Below are positions 61,125 to 64,000 of a stretch of DNA of 64,000 nucleotides, piece by piece. The translations under genes were made by a program, and so were the position numbers. This stretch comes from Macrostomum lignano. Lineage: Eukaryota. Position 1 is the first letter of the stretch; each line of letters begins with the position of its first letter. The DNA lies in the NCBI GenBank assembly GCA_002269645.1, contig NIVC01001976.1:152767-216766 (forward strand). Reading direction: 5' to 3'. The notes under the pieces were generated by a model. That model was not told where the DNA came from, did no database searches, and saw only the letters and a list, made by a program, of their open reading frames with translations.

Positions 61125-62775
61125 TGGAGTTACCGAAGGCGGCTGTAGGCTGCAGTCGCCGCCGTGAAGCGGCGATGCGCTGGAGCGACGGGGCGCTGAT
61201 GTAGATCAGACGATGCTGATGGTGATGGCGGTATCAGACCGCTGGCCGACAGGCGAGCTCACTTGGGGAGCTGAATATAACTTGGCGATAACAGACAGCG
61301 GACCGGCAGAGGTTTGTCCTATAGACGAATGGGTCTGACAACTACGTCTGACAACAAGTCTAAAGAAAGACGAGGAGCCCGAAGGTTCAGGGCGACTCCT
61401 GAAGGTTTAAGATTCTCAGGCCGAAAACCGCTTTCTATATAGCCTTCCCAGCCGCCGCTCCAAGGTCGTTTCCATGACTCCCTCTCTCTGATTGGCTGCC
61501 GGCAGAATGACGTCAGAATGAGTCATGATGAGAAGCATGAGAACGGCATAGCAACATGAGAAATGGGAGAACTGCGCAATCCGGAGGTGGGGTGGGGGAT
61601 AATTGGCGCAGCGGGAGCTCGCGAAAGTGTTGCGCAAGCAAACATTGAGAACAATAGGGCTGGGGTCAAGAACAAAGGAATTGGAGATCGGGGAAAAAGG
61701 TGATAATTAGGTGCGAAAGCGAGAACAATAGAAAGAGAAAATCGGAGAAAATGTGATAATTTGTGGGGGTAAAAAGAACAAAAGAATAAAAAAACGAGAA
61801 CAATAGAAGCGGAGGTGGGTGGTGTCGCATGAGAAATTTGGGAGGAGAACAATGGCATGACAACAGGTTGCGCAAGAGAGGGGGATGAGTCATCGATGAG
61901 TCATCGGGAGAAGGAGGGGTCACTGTTTGGGAGTCTGAGGAGGGATGGGGGACGGTGAGCACGCAAAATGCTGTAAGTAGACGCAGGAAAAGAGGGTACA
62001 GCGCAGGAAAATAGTGCAGGAAGGGGCAAAAGAGAGGAGACAGGAAAAGTACATAGAGAATGGGGTGGAGCGCAGAGGAGATAGAGTAGAAGGGGAGGTA
62101 CAGAGAGGGACAGGGAGCTCCGGAAAGGCAAGTGTGGCGGCAGGGAAACGGAGCCAAGGCAGCAGGGGGGGGTGCAGCAGAGCGGGAGTCTGCAGGCCTG
62201 GTCGAAGACCTGGCCCAGTCTCGACGGCCCTGTGCAGAAGGTGCGCGCGATAGGAGGTACTTTGAAAAAGTTTCCCTGCCCTATCCCGCGACCAGAGAGG
62301 TTACATCAATGAGTCGAAATGAGTCATGAGATGAGTCATGATGAGTCAATACCATAGATGAGTCATGAGAAGTACATGCTAAGCCAAAATGTCTTTATGA
62401 TCCAAGCAGCGATTGAAGTAGGTTGTAGCGTGATTCACCCAACGTAAACACTTCTGCTGTGTCAGCTCTGGAAGTGCAGCAGTCACCTCGCGTTTCTGCC
62501 TTCATTGCACGCTCGCACTAGCCGCAGCCGATCTGTCGTTGATACAGGCTTGTAACGGTCCACTCAGCATGTTGAATTGGTAAACTAGCTTACGCAATCG
62601 CTATTCTATGGCAGATTGTGCAATTGAATTGAATCGCAGAAGCAGAGAGCGAATTCTATGGCAGATTGTGCGAATTGAATTGCCGCCTTGTTTGTTCGTC
62701 ATGGCCAAGTCGCGGGGGGCACATAGCGCGTCAGCCGCGCGAATTCAATTGCAGTTTCTGCGAATTCAATTGCAA
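59978..62775. mobile_element. Possible TIR element hosting the family A insertion
   Basis: TTGCAATTGAATTCGC (59978-59993) and its reverse complement (62760-62775), with further internal copies of the motif at 62600-62755. No transposase. Confidence 0.4.
60118..62308 (-). mobile_element. Solo-LTR-like element family A (2,191 bp), independent diverged insertion
   Basis: TGATGTAACC...GGTTACATCA; TSD ATGA (60114-60117, 62309-62312); homologous in reverse to 22518-24450; (GA)n at ~61067-61120; TATA (GGCTATATAGAAAG) and CCAAT on the minus strand. Confidence 0.83.
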
Positions 62776-62781
62776 AAAGGT

Positions 62782-63417
62782 ATAAACGCCGTTTAATTCA
62801 CATTCTGTGGTTAGAATGTCTGAGGCTGCATTTAATAGTCCGAGGCGAGCAAAGCTAGCCGAGGACCATTGATCGAAATGTCACTTCACATTAATGTTGT
62901 TGTAAGCCCCGTCCTCCGGAGCAACGCCTACAGCTTTAACCTGTCGGGAAGCTGCGACCCCCAGGTCCCCAGTCAGAGCTCCCGTCCCGCGCCCTAGGGA
63001 GAAGCAGAAGAAAGGACAGTAACTCGCGAACACGAACTTACACACCGTAGCCGATGCAGTTCGCCGTGCACTTTTATGGTAGATCGACGAGTCGTTTAAT
63101 TCAATAGCCAACGGAGGCGGACCAACGCGCGCAAGGGAGGAGTCTGCCCTCCAGACAGCGACTATATATTTTTCATTGGTCCTACGCGTACATGAATATA
63201 ACTTAAGAAACAAATTACAGTACAGCAGGGGAGGTGGGGCGGGGTGGTGTGATCGGCGTACGCATTGATTATTGATTGGAGGGGTGGGGCAGACTGGAGG
63301 GTTGGGCGGGGCAGGAGGGCGAGAAAGGGCACGATTGCACAATAATGTCAGACCGGTCATTGATTGCAGCCGAGGATTATTCTAACCATAGACTATGATG
63401 AATTAAACGGCGTTTAT
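62782..63417. mobile_element. MITE-like element (636 bp)
   Basis: Perfect 19-bp TIR ATAAACGCCGTTTAATTCA, extending imperfectly to ~40 bp; no clear TSD. Confidence 0.55.
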
Positions 63418-64000
63418 CATGTATTAAATTCGATTGCTCCTGATTTTCGAGGAGATTATATGTGTTGGGCTGCGCCCTTCCAGTGCGGGTGTACTTGTCG
63501 TGTTATTAGTTTTGCATGCCGCCCCGCCACCCCCCCACTCGCGCCGGGCCAGGGTTTGTGAGAGGCGTAAGCCTCAACCCTGGCCTAGCCCCTTTTGCAC
63601 CCAGCCCCCGGCCCAACTTCTGTCCAATCTGGGTGCTGGCCCCCCTTCCCATTTCCGCCTCACCCTGGGGCTGCTCGTATAGGCTGGCTGGCTGATAAGC
63701 CGGCTGGGCCCCAGGGTTTGGCTCGCCTCTCTATTCTGCCCCACCCCCCCCCTTTTTGTGTAATATTATTTAAAGGCTAGCCCTGCAGCGGGCTGCGCTC
63801 CACATTTCCTTTCCTTCCTCCTTCTCTCTTTGGTTTATATTCTATCCGTTCGTCGGCGTCACTTTGCTCTCTGCTTTGTGCCTATAACTGCTTCGTGCCA
63901 AAAACGCGTCGCCAATTCTAACGCTTCGTTAATAAAGCTGAATACATCAAGAGGTGAGCGCGTGCTTTAGTCTTCCGGGTTGCCGCGTGGGCCGGGAGCT

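Noticed and set aside
1-64000. A linked STING or other cyclic-nucleotide effector, and tRNA/rRNA genes
   Set aside because: None recognisable; the only tRNA-related sequence is the 12-nt PBS.

Overview
Repeat-rich eukaryotic, probably invertebrate, DNA; the species cannot be determined from sequence alone. The window is a head-to-tail segmental duplication: unit A about 1-29150, unit B about 29150-53150, unit C about 53150-59920, then unrelated sequence. The ORF track shows separate ankyrin ORFs and nucleotidyltransferase fragments. Conserved GT-AG sites with matching phases in every copy instead join them into one four-exon gene per unit. Each gene has a giant exon of 22-23 variable 33-aa ankyrin-like repeats plus about 3 canonical ankyrin repeats, a 54-nt linker exon, an exon carrying the cGAS/Mab-21 GS...DxD catalytic motif, and a last exon with the Mab-21 C-lobe and a helical tail (about 1,620-1,635 aa after correcting 1-bp homopolymer indels). 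The window therefore appears to hold a tandem array of three ankyrin-array/cGAS-like receptor (cGLR) genes; gene 1 is 5'-truncated by the window. Their repeat arrays are reshuffled and their coding exons are more diverged than neighbouring non-coding DNA. Introns and spacers contain a young Mag-type Ty3/gypsy element with a nested solo-LTR-like insert, several other TG..CA elements with 4-bp target-site duplications, a Helitron-like element, a (CAA)n-tailed retroposon, gypsy integrase relics and about ten minisatellite families. The gene model is inferred from splice signals and needs transcript confirmation.
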